A stretch of DNA of 64,000 bases from Takakia lepidozioides (Eukaryota > Plantae > Bryophyta). A model generated the notes under the pieces. It made no database searches. It had not been told where the DNA came from and was given only the letters and a program-made list of their open reading frames with translations. Where the stretch lies: the NCBI GenBank assembly GCA_030704615.1, contig CM060733.1, forward strand, positions 48,732,001 to 48,796,000, in the 5' to 3' direction. This document shows positions 35,620-48,826 of the stretch, in pieces. How positions within the stretch are numbered: the stretch's first letter is position 1; each line of letters starts with the position of its first letter. A program made the translations under genes and the position numbers.

Positions 35620-36400
35620 CTCCCAATCCCATCCACCTCGAGAATGTCAAAGTTGGCACAATGTCCTTGACGGAAATGAAGAGGGGTCACTCTCTGGTGA
35701 GAATACCCCGGACAATGTATGAGAGAGTGGACACTGTCTTCAGGCTGCCCACAGATCGGGCGCTTACAATCTGCCTCTCCACTCTGCATCTGTTAATTGT
35801 TCAAAGGTAGGCAAGGGAGGGTAGGCCCCTTGCCATGAGTTTTATTTTCAATCTAGTGCCGAGGGGATAAGCCCTTCAGATCATCCTTAAGAACCTCACC
35901 GACGTCACAGACTGGGAACAACTCCAGTGAAGTGTTATGCCTGACTTCATTTCATCTGACAGTCATTGAGCGACCGACATGGCTTTAGACACAGCCTCCA
36001 AGTCATATTCATCAACCACGCCCTGAACAACCCCGTTGTAGACCATGCTGACATGCTCTCTTTGACCACCCCAACCTGAATTCTAGAGTTGACATGGTTG
36101 GAGTTGTCAACCCACACGGCAGATGCATAGTCCAAAGCAGGCCTAATAACCTTGCAATGCATGGCCCTTTTACCTTCAGAGTTAATCCCTCTGCAGTGGA
36201 AAGATTTAGTGAGGCCCGAAGCTTTGCTTCTAGCTGACTGCCCCACTTTTTGCATAAGTGCATCCCAGTTGGAGGAAAAATCCACACCAAGATATGTGTA
36301 GGAAGGGATCTTTCCTTACCCCATCTCCGTTTGGGGTCCCCACCTGGTTATTGAAGCCACCACTGCGAGTTCACTCACACTAAATTCTAGCCTCCACCGG
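35620..36400 (-). mobile_element. RTE-like LINE 3' fragment
   Basis: PSYTYLGVDFSS, KVIRPALDYASAVW, C-terminal PICGQPEDSVHSLIHCPGY zinc finger. Shares sequence with 44737-44780. Confidence 0.72.
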
Positions 36401-36439
36401 TCAAAAGGAGAGGTCTACTGGTGACAGAAACAAGTTAGA

Positions 36440-36905
36440 AGTACTGAAAGTCACAATGCGCAGGAGAGACGGGCACCTTCTCACGATCGATGCCTCGCAC
36501 TCTATTGACAGCAGCGCAAACTACTACCCAGGCACCTGAGGCCGAATCTTTCTCAACTGACATTTCAGGGGCATCATCTGGAGTAACACGAAAGAGAGGC
36601 CCAGGACCACCCCCTTCGACAATTGTGCACGTGTATAGGGTCTGCTCATTAGGATCCACCATGCTAGCATGATCATGCACGGTTGTAAAACCAACTGGAA
36701 AATATGACCTTCAGTGTCAAACCCAGGCCAATGTGGCTCAACAAACCTGTTAAAGAGCTTGTCAGTCTATCACAACTTGACCTAGTAGGTGATTTGCACA
36801 CTCAGGAAAAACCACAATTGGGAAAGTGGTATTTAGTCATCTTCTCAAGGTTAGATTCTGAGAGTTGCTTGATGAACATCAGAGACACATCAAGTCTCTG
36901 ATCAG
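36440..36905 (-). pseudogene. FYRN/FYRC-domain gene remnant
   Basis: FVEPHWPGFDTEGHI[frameshift]PVGFTTVHDHASMVDPNEQTLYTCTIVEGGGPGPLFRVTPDD...SASGAWVVV. 1-bp deletion near 36700. Confidence 0.7.
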
Positions 36906-37754
36906 CTGGCAAAGAGCATAAAAAGATCTAGGAAGTCAAATAAACATGTAATATGTAACCTCCTTTGTCATACATAGCGAATGTTCCCCTGCTGAAGCCT
37001 GTAAAGATTAACAAGATCAGTGCATCTGGTCAAATGACACTACAAAGATGTCCAAAGCACCCCTCTGTTATCCTGTCCCTTGCGCAAGTAAACTAACATG
37101 ATTTCAAAACTCTGCAAAACTCGGAAACATAGAACGACCTAAATCCTGTTTTCCATCCTTGAAGTAACGAAGCAGTGGCATTAACTGTGGCAGCAGCCGT
37201 TTCACAATGCCACACTGAGCTTGAGTTAACCACCCTTTGTAGGTGCTTCTGCCCTCAGGTTGACTGCTCGTTCCTTGTCTCCATTACTTTGACGATCAAT
37301 GTGTGCCCCATTTGACTTTTTAATCACAGCCTTCACTTCATTGGCCACCTCTTGCTTGGGCGGTTCACTGGCCTCGGCTGTCTGAGTTATCTCCAAGCTG
37401 TCATCTCCATCTGTAATTAGCAGTTGATGTCAAGAAACCCTTTGAACATCTATGACCAAACACCTACAGTTCGGGACTACTTGGAAATCAGTGCGAGCTG
37501 GACAACTGGAAGATTTTGACATCCAGTGCTGGTAGCATCCTATTGAGTACTTCCAAATATATCCATCACTGCTGAACCTTCCAGCCTTCCAGCCATTGAA
37601 CCAGTAATCAATTGGATTACTTAGGTATGAACTAGCATGACTCTCTCACAGCCAACTAGGTTCAACTTGAGTCTAATATGACATATAGTCATATGTCACA
37701 CATACAAACTTGACTCAGCAGCAGCTGGCTGAACGAGTGTACTACGAGCTTCTT

Positions 37755-39293
37755 TCAGGTACCATCCTTTTTTTTCTTGATGTCGCCCAAAAACTCAACA
37801 ACACAGGGCCAGTCACTAGAAGATGACGGACCTAGTTTGCCTGGCTCTGACTCCTCTTTGTTCTTCCAGTAATCATCCAGGTCAGCATCCAATGACTGGC
37901 CTCCAAACTTCTTATCTTTCAAGCGCCACTGCCATGTCCACACCCAACATACATCCAGCAATTAGGGTAAGCACACCTCAAACCCCATGCTACGATATAC
38001 TGTCCCCATCTATGAACTGTACCTACCAATTCGACGTCTGATCAACAATAAGCTGTTGCAATGCTAATGAGACATCTGACATCACTTGCACCAGCCCTGC
38101 TTTAGTGACAAACAGGATCCAACAAAAGTGTGATCTCCTACTGAACCAACACACTATCTAGGCCAATGCCAATTAAGTGACAAGTTCTCCGAAGTTACAT
38201 GTAGTGTCACTAATGGAGGACTGGCATTGAGTGCAAGGTGCTATGCTATTACTAAGATCCATCAACTAAATACGGACAAACATTTAAGAAAATCTCCTTC
38301 AATCCAAGAAGTCTACAACTTCAAATGAGCAGGGAGTGTCTGGCTGGCAAACAAAGGCCCAATTTGGTCCTGCAATACCTGCAACAGGACCTCACATATT
38401 AAGTACTATCTCACTTAAGAAATACTTTGAGGCTAACCTCATCCAGGTCAGCATCAAGGGCCTCTTTAGTCAAGTTCTTGCGATCGCGATCCCGATCACG
38501 ACCGCGCCCACCTGCCACAAATTCAGGCGGTTCGTGAATCGTACATGCACACATCATCCAATCAATACACAAAACCTTTAGTCTCTCTGTTCTCCCGTGA
38601 ATACATTTAGAGGACATTTGTATGACTGAGATTCACGATACAAATAGATTAGAGTGTTCAACAAAGCAAGTTACGAGGGGGCGGGATAGCTAGCACCTGG
38701 TCAAGCCCACTTACAACATCAACCAAACTGCAAGCATCACCACTTTCTCCAGAGCATCAATTCTCTCACGTCTACTGAGGCGTGCATCCAGCATGTGCAT
38801 CATGTTGCCCTCCTGGATGAGAGAACTGCCCAATCGACCAAACTGGAAACCGTCTGAATACTCTCTAATACACCATGGTTGATATGGCCTCTGGGCAAAG
38901 AACCTCCTCCACACCACCCCACCAACCTTTGAAGTAGCTGAACAATCTTAGATTTAGACACGCACTAGAGGCAGATCACAACGCACCCCAGGCTCGACCC
39001 CTGTGTCCTCGGGCATGCCCCCGCCCATACAGAAGCGGCCCTTGCGGAGGCCCCACGGGACGCTTCAGAATCCCAGCCCCTTGCACTCCCATCGCCACCA
39101 GACCCCGCTGTGCAACCGCTCTGCCATAGCCCGGCGCCACCAATGGCTGCACATGGTGTGGAGCTTGGTGCGCGTAGGCAGGCTGGTACTGATCGGCCCA
39201 CACATTGTAAGCCGGGCCCTGTCGATACTGAAACCCTCCCGCAGCGCCCCCCCGCCCCCCCATGGCCTGCCTCTGCCTTCCCTGCCCTTGCAT
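37755..39293 (-). CDS. Gly/Arg-rich protein with C-terminal FoP-duplication (CHTOP/UAP56-binding-like) motifs. Exons 39293-38987, 38511-38438, 37928-37755
   Basis: Phase-compatible GT-AG splicing gives ...GRGHARGHRGRAWGGRGRDRDRDRKNLTKEALDADLDEWRLKDKKFGGQSLDADLDDYWK. GA-rich 5' UTR. Exact C-terminus uncertain. Confidence 0.7.
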
Positions 39294-39509
39294 ACCTCCC
39301 GATGCTCCCTCGCAAATCTTTGCTCTTCTCTTTCTCTTTCTCTTTCTCGCAACCCTCTCCTAAGTAGGTACTCAAGGGTATGAGTTGGGTATGAGTGCCT
39401 GGGCCTATGCACAACCTGGGTGATCCTGGGTTCAATTCAATCCTTGTTACATGTGCCTTCAACACCCCCATGGGCTGTGTGTTGTGCCGTTAAACAAACT
39501 TTATGTTCT

Positions 39510-40520
39510 ACTTAAAAAAGAAAAAAAGGGGACAGGGATAGAGGCCCTGGAAATTTATTAAATAAAAGCGAGGAAAAAATAACCTCGGAAAAATAACCAT
39601 GGAGGATGAAAAAGGGACCACTGGCCCGTGGCCAAGATGAACCTATGGACGAGTGCCCAAGTGACGGCCGCGTAGAGTACCATTACTTGTGTCGATAGAG
39701 CATCCCAAGCACTCACGCATTGAAAGGTTGATCACATCTTACCATTCACCATCTATCTATGTGATTCATTTGTTTTCCAAACAAAGCTTGAAGTTGAAAA
39801 TCTGATTTAGGCCCTCCAAAGGAGGAGCATGCATTGTGGAGTCTATAACTATATCCCAGAATCCGAGGTCGATCTGCAATGAGGAGAAAATAATGTATGA
39901 AGCCTAACGGGAAGAGATATCAAAGGAGAGGTGCGCTTTTGATTTGCCCTTCCTAAGATGCTTGGGCGCCAACTCACGTCCCAGTCCTCCTTAGCACTAG
40001 TTGAGCTGCCAACATGCCGGGAGGCAATCACTCAAGACAATAGTTGATTTTGATGTTCCTGAGCAGCGGACCACCTTTCCCCGGGAGTTCTAAAGCTAGA
40101 GAGTAGCTGCAGTCTCCTTCTTTGCGCGCATCTAACAAGAGCTGCACCCAAACCCCTCCAAGCTTTCCGAGCCTCAGACATTAAGTCTGAGTGAACTCTA
40201 TGCAACAACAATTTCACACAAGGCTGAACCCCACCATAAACTAGAGAGCATCTACCCTTCCAAATGTTCCAGAGTGTGTGAGCCCTTAGAGCTGCCCATA
40301 CCGAGCATAGACTCCATAAAGCTCCATTATGCAAATTCAAAAGCAACACAGGGACATTCATGGAAACATTCGGATTCTAAGGGCGGTAGACTCTGCAGGC
40401 AAGAGACCATACAAACGCAACAAGGGTACAAATCACCGACTCAGCTTGTCCCCTCTGACAAGCTTCTACTCAGCGGTTCTACTCATACATGGTAAATATC
40501 TAGTAAACATTTTCTGGCAG
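39510..40520 (-). mobile_element. L1-type LINE 3' fragment related to 25330-26540
   Basis: LLLNLHNGALWSLCSVWAALRAHTLWNIWKGRCSLVY aligns to LLLNLHNGTAWNRCLIWATLGGHALWSVWKALCSLVF. Confidence 0.75.
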
Positions 40521-40785
40521 TCAAGGTAGGATTAGGCAATAGGGATTTAGGGTTGTCATGTGCTTTGATCACTTTTTTTTTGTTATGTTTTTGTTTTTTT
40601 ATTGAGAAAGATTTGTGTTTGGAACATCAACTAAATCATGCCAAGATAGCACTTGAATTTGGGTAATAAGAGTTGATCACTGCCTTAGAGATTATTATTA
40701 TTTAATATTTCAAAAAATATATATTGACTTTTGTTTTGGGTTTTTTCTTGGGTTTTTTCCTTTAACTCATATTAAAACAATTACT

Positions 40786-41031
40786 AACAGTCAGTAGCTC
40801 AGTTGGATAAGTGCACTGAGTGCCACCCAGATGGTTGTGGGGCCAAATCTTGCTAGTGTCGGGTGTGGTATACTCTTCTCCTCGGTTCTTGGGTGGTGTC
40901 CCATTCCTAGGCCTCATGAAGGAGTTACTGTGAAAGAGGTTATTTTCTCCTATCACTATCAAGGGGCCTTATATGTGAGCTGTCACTCCGAGCTGTTTCC
41001 CTTTTTAAAAAATAAAATAAAAACAATAATA
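40786..41031 (+). mobile_element. tRNA-derived SINE, copy 1
   Basis: A-box TAGCTCAGTTGG, degenerate B-box, A-rich tail. Candidate TSD AAAACAATT (40774-40782 and 41032-41040). Homologous to 60411-60628. Confidence 0.8.
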
Positions 41032-41699
41032 AAAACAATTTCGACCGGGTATACATCAGTGTTTTTATTTCTGGCGAAATTTCGCACTTTTTCGACCTCA
41101 AAAATCAAAATCGAATATTCTGTCGTAAATTCCCTGTTTTCTCATGGATGAAATCGCCAAAATTCTTAAAAATATATATAAATCTTGGATGAATTCGCCT
41201 AATATGGATGATATACATGGATGAAGTACAGAGGAGGATGATTCTGTCCAAATTTCAGTGGATGAGCAGAAAATATGGCTATTTCCTGCAAAACTCAGTA
41301 GCCAGTCCTGTTCTTTTCAAAATTTGAAAAAAAAAACACTGGTATACATCAGTCTGGCTATGAAGTATAAACCTGAGGCAGTCGCTCCTTTAAAAAAAAA
41401 ACAAAAAACAAAACTGAGACTACCACTACAAAAGCAACCAAAGATGGACTGTTAGGGATGGGGAAGATGATGACAAAGTTGGAACTCTCTAATGCTGCAA
41501 CAACCCCTAAATGTAAAGATCGTGGCCGAGAGACATTTGCAAGCATCACATTAACATATTTCAGTTAACATATGAACATGCACCAAACTTCCTACTTGGA
41601 ATCCACACTGTGTTACTACAGAGAATCGTCTGATTTGTTGGTTCGCAACTGCATCTAGAGGATAATATGGAAAGTTTTAAAATAATAGCTACTTGCTTG

Positions 41700-44600
41700 C
41701 TACTCTTGCTGACGGGCAATGATGGTGGAGATGAATTGCTCTAGTCTCCGTCGATTGCGTGTTGGAAATTGCTCCACTCGGCAACCATCCTGCTACATCT
41801 GACAGTCTTAGCAGCCGTGCTTGAGACCCAGATTAAAACATGAGAAAGAATATGAACCCTACACAACCCTTGGTGGACTATTTGGGATGCTGCAAGCTAG
41901 CTACATATCCCCCTGCATGCACCTCAAACTCTCATTGATTCATGTTGATGAAATAGATTCTAAGTTGAACTGGCTGACGCCACTATTGTATTTGACTGAC
42001 TACATTTGTAGCATAACCATCCTTCCATGACCCTAGAAATTCCCATAGTGCCTTGAGTATATTTGAGAAAGACATCTCACCATGAAAAATGAAAACATGG
42101 GAACAGAGCGAATTGAATAGAATTGAGCCAAGTCCTGAAAGAGTCCAACCATCCACCGCAATTTCCTTAAAAGAGAGAGGAGGAAGGAGACCAGGAGACA
42201 GATGTTATGGTTCCACACTAAAATTATGGAAAGTTCAGCGTCATTGGATAACACCCTGACAACGGATATTTTTAAGAATAAGAATGAACACTTATGAGGA
42301 TGTCTCCACGCCACTCCCACGTGTACATTGCAAGGTGGCAACCAATATTCTACCTAACAGCCCTACCAAAATGAAGCAGAAAACCAAGAAAGGAGGCACG
42401 TACTGTAAGATCATCATACTCATCGCGCACATTGTGCTTCACAAACCGGATGCCTGTCCATTGGCCTACTGGACACTCTTCCCCACATCCCTGCAATGAA
42501 AGGAACCATATCCTCGTTTAGCATGCATTGCAATTGAACGACAAGTCCTGACCATAGACACTCCGACATAATAAACAACAGTGCATACACTACCATACAC
42601 ACATTGAATACTCAAGAGATTGCTAAAGGTCAAATTCAAGCTCAAGCTAGGGAAAAAGTCCAATCAGAGACACACTCGTTTACAAAGCTTGATGTACTGT
42701 GGCAGGATGTGTCTGCAGGCCCCACAGGATGGGTTGTAGAAGTCCACCACAACCTGTGTCACACGTCCCCTTTCAAAAACTCAGTAATGATTTGTCAATC
42801 TGAAGCTGGGATAGGCCCAACAGACAGCTGAACAGAGGGATTTCAATAACATATTTAGGAACACAATGATGATCCAAACGAGCTCCTCTGTGTCAGAATT
42901 TCGTTTGCAGTAAAATGGCAGAAGATCCTGAATCTCGTAAATCCAGAGCGTACACCCAAGCCTCTGAACATCACAGCATTTAATCCCCAATCCAAGTTTT
43001 ACTGTGCAATGAGGGTACGAAACCAGTTTCTAACTAATTTCGGGGTACAAACGTTGGTTCACGTTTCTCAATACAAAAAGACAAATGTTGCGTAAAAAGT
43101 ATCTTCGTTATGCAGCAATGTAAAGAACATCTTTTGTCACTCTGCCTGGTCTTACTTAACTGGCATCCCACTTGCTCCTGAAGACCAGCTGATCTCAATG
43201 TCAATTGTCATGAGGTTCATCGTTTCATCCCCTACATCAATAGCCTGTTCCCTCCTCTTCTTCAACTGACTAGTGCAGCGTGCTCTAATGGAATACTGCC
43301 AGAACAGGCCTGTTATGGTGGGGAATAAACTGAGTTCATCAAGCCATTTGTCTGACAAAGTAAAGTGATGTCACCAGGTTGGCCCATGTTGAGAAAACTG
43401 CTGTATAAGGCTCATCAAAATTAAGGAGAGCCACTGTGAAGTTTGCCAAAGTTATCTGGCTATGTTCAGAGGTGTTCTTTCTCTTTTCCTCGCTGATGGC
43501 AGTTGTTTGAAGGCTGTGAACATGTGTTGAATGGGGAATCTATCAGGCAAAACAATCAGACGTAGTGTAAAGAGGCCCCAAGTATGATGTGGCCAGTTTC
43601 AGGCGGGCAAAAGCAGGCTTTGTCAGCCTCACCTAGTTCTTATCCACGTACACCAAGAAAGGCTAACAGCATTGCAAAGTTCTAGCATGTAGATCAATGC
43701 ATGAGGAAGTAGTAAGCAAAATCTGAGAGCTTATGCTCTCTACCTGAGTGTTGCTTGAGGAAGAGGCCATGGCTCTCAATCTCTAGTTTCACCCATCCAT
43801 TTGATAGAGCCTTCCTTCCTTGAGAAATGCAGACTGAACTACTCTTCTTACCCCGCAAGGGAAGAGATCATGCACATTAAAACGCCACCAACTCGAGCCT
43901 TTAATGAAATCAAATCGGCATGCTATAGCATCTTCTATAAACCCTCAGTTCTCCTCTTTAACCTTATCTGGAAGACTGAAATGATCCCCTTTCGCTGGTG
44001 ACAGGGGGTAATGTCAATCTATACAAGAAGGGTGACAGAGAAGAACCGGGGAACTACCGTGGCATCACGCTCCTCAATGCTGTTGGCAAGACATTCTGCA
44101 GAGTTATAAGTACTCGTCTCGAGGTTGATCTGGAGTCTAGAGGTTGTTTCCACGAAGGCCAAGCTGGCTTTCGGCGAAACAGGGGCTGTGTGGATCATAT
44201 CTTCACTCTAAGCCAGATTATCCAGGGAAGGAAAAAAGAAGGGAAACCCACTTATGTTTTTTTCCTGGATGTCAAAAAGGCTTATGACACAGTGTGGAGA
44301 GATGGCCTATGGTTCCGCCTCTGGTCTTGTGGGATCAAGGAAAGATGTGGAGAGTTGTCCACAACTTGTATGCTCACACCAAAAGCTGTGTCACTGTTAA
44401 CGGACAGAAATCCAACTTCTTTGACATAGACCAAGGTGTAGCTCAAGGATGTACTCTCTCCCCTCTGCTCGTCAATGTTTTCATCAATCAACTCCTCGAG
44501 GATGAGTGAGGGATTTGGGTTAAGGGTGGGTGATACCACCATACCAGCCCTTATGTTTGCGGATGACTTCGCAGGCATAGGGGAGACTCCAACCAATCTC

Positions 44601-46248
44601 CAGGAGTTGATTGATTGCGTGAAGAGATACTTTGGGCTAGAGGCTAATGTCAGCAAATGTGCAGTTGTAGCATTCAACGACAGAGGAGAGGGAGGAAGTG
44701 ATCTTAAGTGGCAGTGGGGTAGCCAAGAGATCCCGGTCCTCCCTTCCTACACTTACCTGGGCGTTGAGTTTTCCTCCAAGAGGACGGACAAGTGGATACA
44801 GGCATAACTAGACTTGAGAGAGAGGGAGAGAGAGAATGTATTCAGAAGATGCTTGCCGAGCCTTGTGGCCATGGATGCGCCCAGTTTGGCGGAAAAAGTG
44901 GGAACAGACACTACCTTTCTGAGGAGCTCACTCCAGTAGTGGGACTTACCATGATATGAACAATTACTTCGCTGTTTTCCAGATTTCCTCTAGAAAGCCC
45001 TTCACAAAAGCATTGCTATGCTGTGTGACACTTTGAGGGAGAGACAGACAGACAGGATATACATAAAATCTAGAGGTGCGGTGACAGAGAAAGGAGTGCC
45101 AGGCAGGACAGCGAGAATACACATACCAACTCATTTGTGGATTCAGCCTCCTGGAGCACCCTTTCAAACTCTGCAAGAGTCCTTACTTCTTGCACACAGT
45201 CAATTGGACATGTAACTTCAGCCTCTGCCTCCCGTGCTTCTGCCTCCTGAACCAACAAGCGCTTCATTGCCCATCATATGTTGTCACCACAAATAACACA
45301 CAAGAGTCTTCATTTTATTTGGTTTCAAAGGACTGGGCCTGGCCACTAGCTGCAACCGGGAGATTCATTCAACCCATTTCTACCATAGCTTTGCTAGAAG
45401 CAGACCTATTGAAGCCAGGCCTATTGAGCCAAACCCATCACCAAGAGCCAAAGGAAGGCCCTGATTTCCCTGCACAGATGAAAAGATCCACAGTAAACTA
45501 AATTGAGCATCACCCTTGAGATCCTGTCTCCAAGTTCAAATACCACTAGGTTATCCCACAATTCTGACAAAACACCATCTGTTGCTTGTGGAAGGGGCCC
45601 AAACTCAAGGGAGGCTAGAATGCCATTGCTTAATGCGGATGCCTCTCAAATAATTCTCAACTTCTGACTTCGCAATTGTTAAACAGGACCTTGCGTGGGG
45701 AGGTTTGAAGCTTCCAGTTACTACTGAAATAATTTTCGATTATGTAGTCTGCTGAAAGCAACGGGGTGTTCAACGGAGTCCAGTCTGAGGCATGATTTCC
45801 TATTGAGCTTTGATTCAAGCTCCACCAATCGACGACAGAGTCACCAACAGGTATACACAAATTCTAACATCAGAGCACTGAAAAGTTCGTGTCAAGAAAC
45901 AAACCCTTACGCAACTGCATGATAAGATTCTTCGACAGACGAGTTTCACTTGAGAAAGAATGATTCAATTTAAGAAACCAAAACAGACTTGCCGGGATCT
46001 GATGAAAGCAGCACCTCCTGCCGCCGCCACAACTCATCAAGGTGACGACGTCGGTCGATGTGGATGCCTGCCCTCACCACAATCGCCCTCCTGCCGGTCT
46101 CCCTGATTTGCTTTGCAGGTCCCAAGTATCTGGCAACATGCCCTGGTCGAGCAGCCACTCCACTGCAGCATCTTTGAAAAATTGATGGGCCCATACACAA
46201 TTGGGGCAATTGCACATCTAGACAAGAGCCGGATGGAGGTGCTGCCAT
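41700..46248 (-). CDS. Plastid thioredoxin-like 4-type protein (CGAC active site). Exons 46248-46015, 45246-45127, 42753-42676, 42490-42404, 42134-42081, 41789-41700
   Basis: Transit-peptide-like N-terminus; TCPIDCVQEV, VVVDFYNPSCGACRHI, FVKHNVRDEYDD, IRSVPMFSFF, EQFPTRNRRRL. All six exons are phase 0 with GT-AG. Confidence 0.88.
43850..44790 (+). mobile_element. RTE-like LINE reverse-transcriptase fragment in intron 2 of the thioredoxin-like gene (antisense)
   Basis: YKKGDREEPGNYRGITLL, QAGFRRNRGCVDHIFTL, LDVKKAYDTV, QGCTLSPLL, MFADDF, YTYLG; frameshifted. Confidence 0.88.
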
Positions 46249-47202
46249 GGAACCCGCCACATGCAGCTGCACATGTGGCTGTGCAAAAAGATTCACTGCT
46301 TTCGCATTAAAACTCATTCCTTGAAAGAAAGTTTTGAGGGACAGGGGAGGTACAGATTTGTCACAGAAGATGGTGCACAGAAATTGCTGTCGTCTGAGGT
46401 TGAGAAAATCCTTCGAAGGCTTCTCCTCGTCTGTACTGTCAATATGATCAATGCACTCCCACAAACCGACTGGACAGACTCGCTTTCCAACCAGATTGTT
46501 GAGTCAAGTGTTTCGACTCTAACATGAAAGATTCGTGGTTCTCCAAGTTCCTTTCCTCGATTTGCTTAGCTTTTGACCGCAAACAGAGCCTTAAAGTTAG
46601 TTGATTTTGCTTGGTCTCTTATAGCTTGAATGCATCTCATGTGCATATGCAAATCTCTTGTTTTCTGAAAGCCCAGTTAACTAGGAAATGAGTGTGTTTG
46701 AACGGGGTTTGAACGTAAGTAGAATATGCATATAAATGTCACCCTGCATGTCTCCTCTCTTCCTCTCTTGAACTTTCTGTTTCTTCTCTCTTGTTTTGTA
46801 GATACCATGTGTGATTATTGTGCAGAGCGCAAACAATATGTTTATCAGGGTGGTGGGGCAGAACTCAAACATGTAGTGGTCTTTAATCAAAGCTCTTTAG
46901 ACAGTTTGTCTCTAAATTGCCAACACATACAAATTGCCAACACATACAAAGTCCAGATTCGTATACCATTATCAGCCCTAACGAGCATCTTTCCACCCAA
47001 CTTAAGTGCAGCCACTTGTGTGGACTGATGATTACATCACATACAACAATAGACAATATAACGAGCTTTTTGCAGCCCAAAAGGTTCTAGAAACAAAATA
47101 GAGCACAGAAGAGGTCCCATCTCAAACTCATCTTGCTATGATGATAAACACAGATTCTGTATGTACAAGTCGCACATAAACAGCTTAACAGAAGGATCCA
47201 AG

Positions 47203-48558
47203 CTAAGCTTCAGCGAGCCTACCACTTCCTGCTTTGCTCTTGAAGGACGCTGAATGACAGTCATCAGCAGAGGTAGTACTCACCCAAACCTCATTCACCC
47301 GTCCTAAGATCTTAAACGGGCTATTGTATTGTGCAATGGTGTAAGCATCTTGCCCCTCTTCTGGCTCATCCTCAGTGATATCTGCCCAGGGGGTCGTCTT
47401 CAGGCTAGCCTCCAGCAAGGCAGCCTCCTTGGCAACATTGCTATCTTTTGCAAATCCTGAAAATGCTCGAACTGCTACACACTGCGGTCCCCAACGCTCC
47501 ACTTTAAGGTTCAATTCTGGAAGCGGAATGGGTGGGCTGTCTTGGAACTCAGATGGCAGATAGAAACGTACAGCAAAGGCCGAGGAGCAGAAGGGCCCTG
47601 CAGAGGGGATTATGCCAGTCAGGACTGGCTTCGTCATGGGAACCCGGGAATTGTTCAAATTGGCACCCTGAATGTACTGAAACAACCTGCACAACAGCCC
47701 ACCCACAACCCACCCACAGCTCTTAAACTAAGTATGCAACTGATGTAATTGACACATGTTTTCAAGAGAACAGAGGGATCAATCTGGATATTGGTCTGTC
47801 AGTGAAAATCCTTCGTGCCCTGTGTTGACTTATTGCGTCTCTATTCAGCACAATACACATACTGACCCCAACTGGCTATCCGCAAACTTCGTGATAATAA
47901 CTAAAATAAAAGGAACAGAATAGGAGAAAACCAGAAGTGTTGTCATGCACAATCTGGTAGTCAAATTCTGGTAACAGAGCTCATAATAGTGAGCCTACCC
48001 TGGCCTTCACACAGGACTTGGGGTCTTCCATAAATGTCAGAAATGCTTAAACAGACCATTTCTGGGTGTCACCAAACTGTGGAACAAGTGTGTACGTCAG
48101 AATATGACAGATGATGTACATGATTAGACCTTACCTCTACACATTCATGGGCCCATAAACATTCACTCCGAGTAACAATCCAAGTTCACTCAGACCTGCA
48201 AATGTCCCTGTAAAAGGAAGAAACCCTAGGATTGAGTCCCATTGGTCACCTTTAGCTGGCCGGACCATAGTCAAAACTGTAGACTTTTACTGAATTAGTG
48301 TTTGCATACGTTTTCCTGGACAATTTTCACAACCTCTTAGTTGCTACCTCAAAAACCATCAAGGAAGTCAACAGCAATTGAGACAAGACATCATTCTAAA
48401 GACAAGAACACACATGAAATTTTATATCGAAAACACTACACATGAGCTTGCAATGCACCGCTCCCCCAGAGACAGAGAGAGAAAGATGGAGAGAAGGAAG
48501 CATCTCCCTCCCAAATTGTGTATGGGATTCCACCCATCAGGGTTTGAGGTTGAGCCCT

Positions 48559-48602
<44 letters not shown>

Positions 48603-48826
48603 GGACAGAGAGGGAACCTGTGAAAGCCGAGCTGGGTGGCTTCAGTGAAGGAGATATCATCGACAGCGGAAGTGACCCAAGCAGTGGGGCGATACAAACG
48701 AATTTCGAAGTCCGACTCTCCATGCACCACGCTGTACGGGGGGCTCTGGAGGCTGCTCCCCATCACTCCCACCACCATCGCCCACGCCACCAGCACCCCG
48801 ATCCATGATCTTGCTCTTGAATCCAT
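47203..48826 (-). CDS. SOUL family heme-binding protein with signal peptide. Exons 48826-48618, 47686-47203
   Basis: Hydrophobic N-terminus; PPYSVVHGESDFEIRLY, GFHRLFQYIQGANLNNSRVPMTKPV, AVRAFSGFA, IAQYNSPF..RVNEVWV. Phase-2 intron. Confidence 0.93.
48563..48600. repeat. (GA)n microsatellite in the SOUL intron
   Basis: About 19 uninterrupted AG/GA units. Confidence 0.95.

Noticed and set aside
40790-40865. Functional tRNA gene (also at 60414)
   Set aside because: Only the A-box/D-arm is good. The B-box is degenerate, there is no acceptor stem, and the sequence continues into a SINE body.
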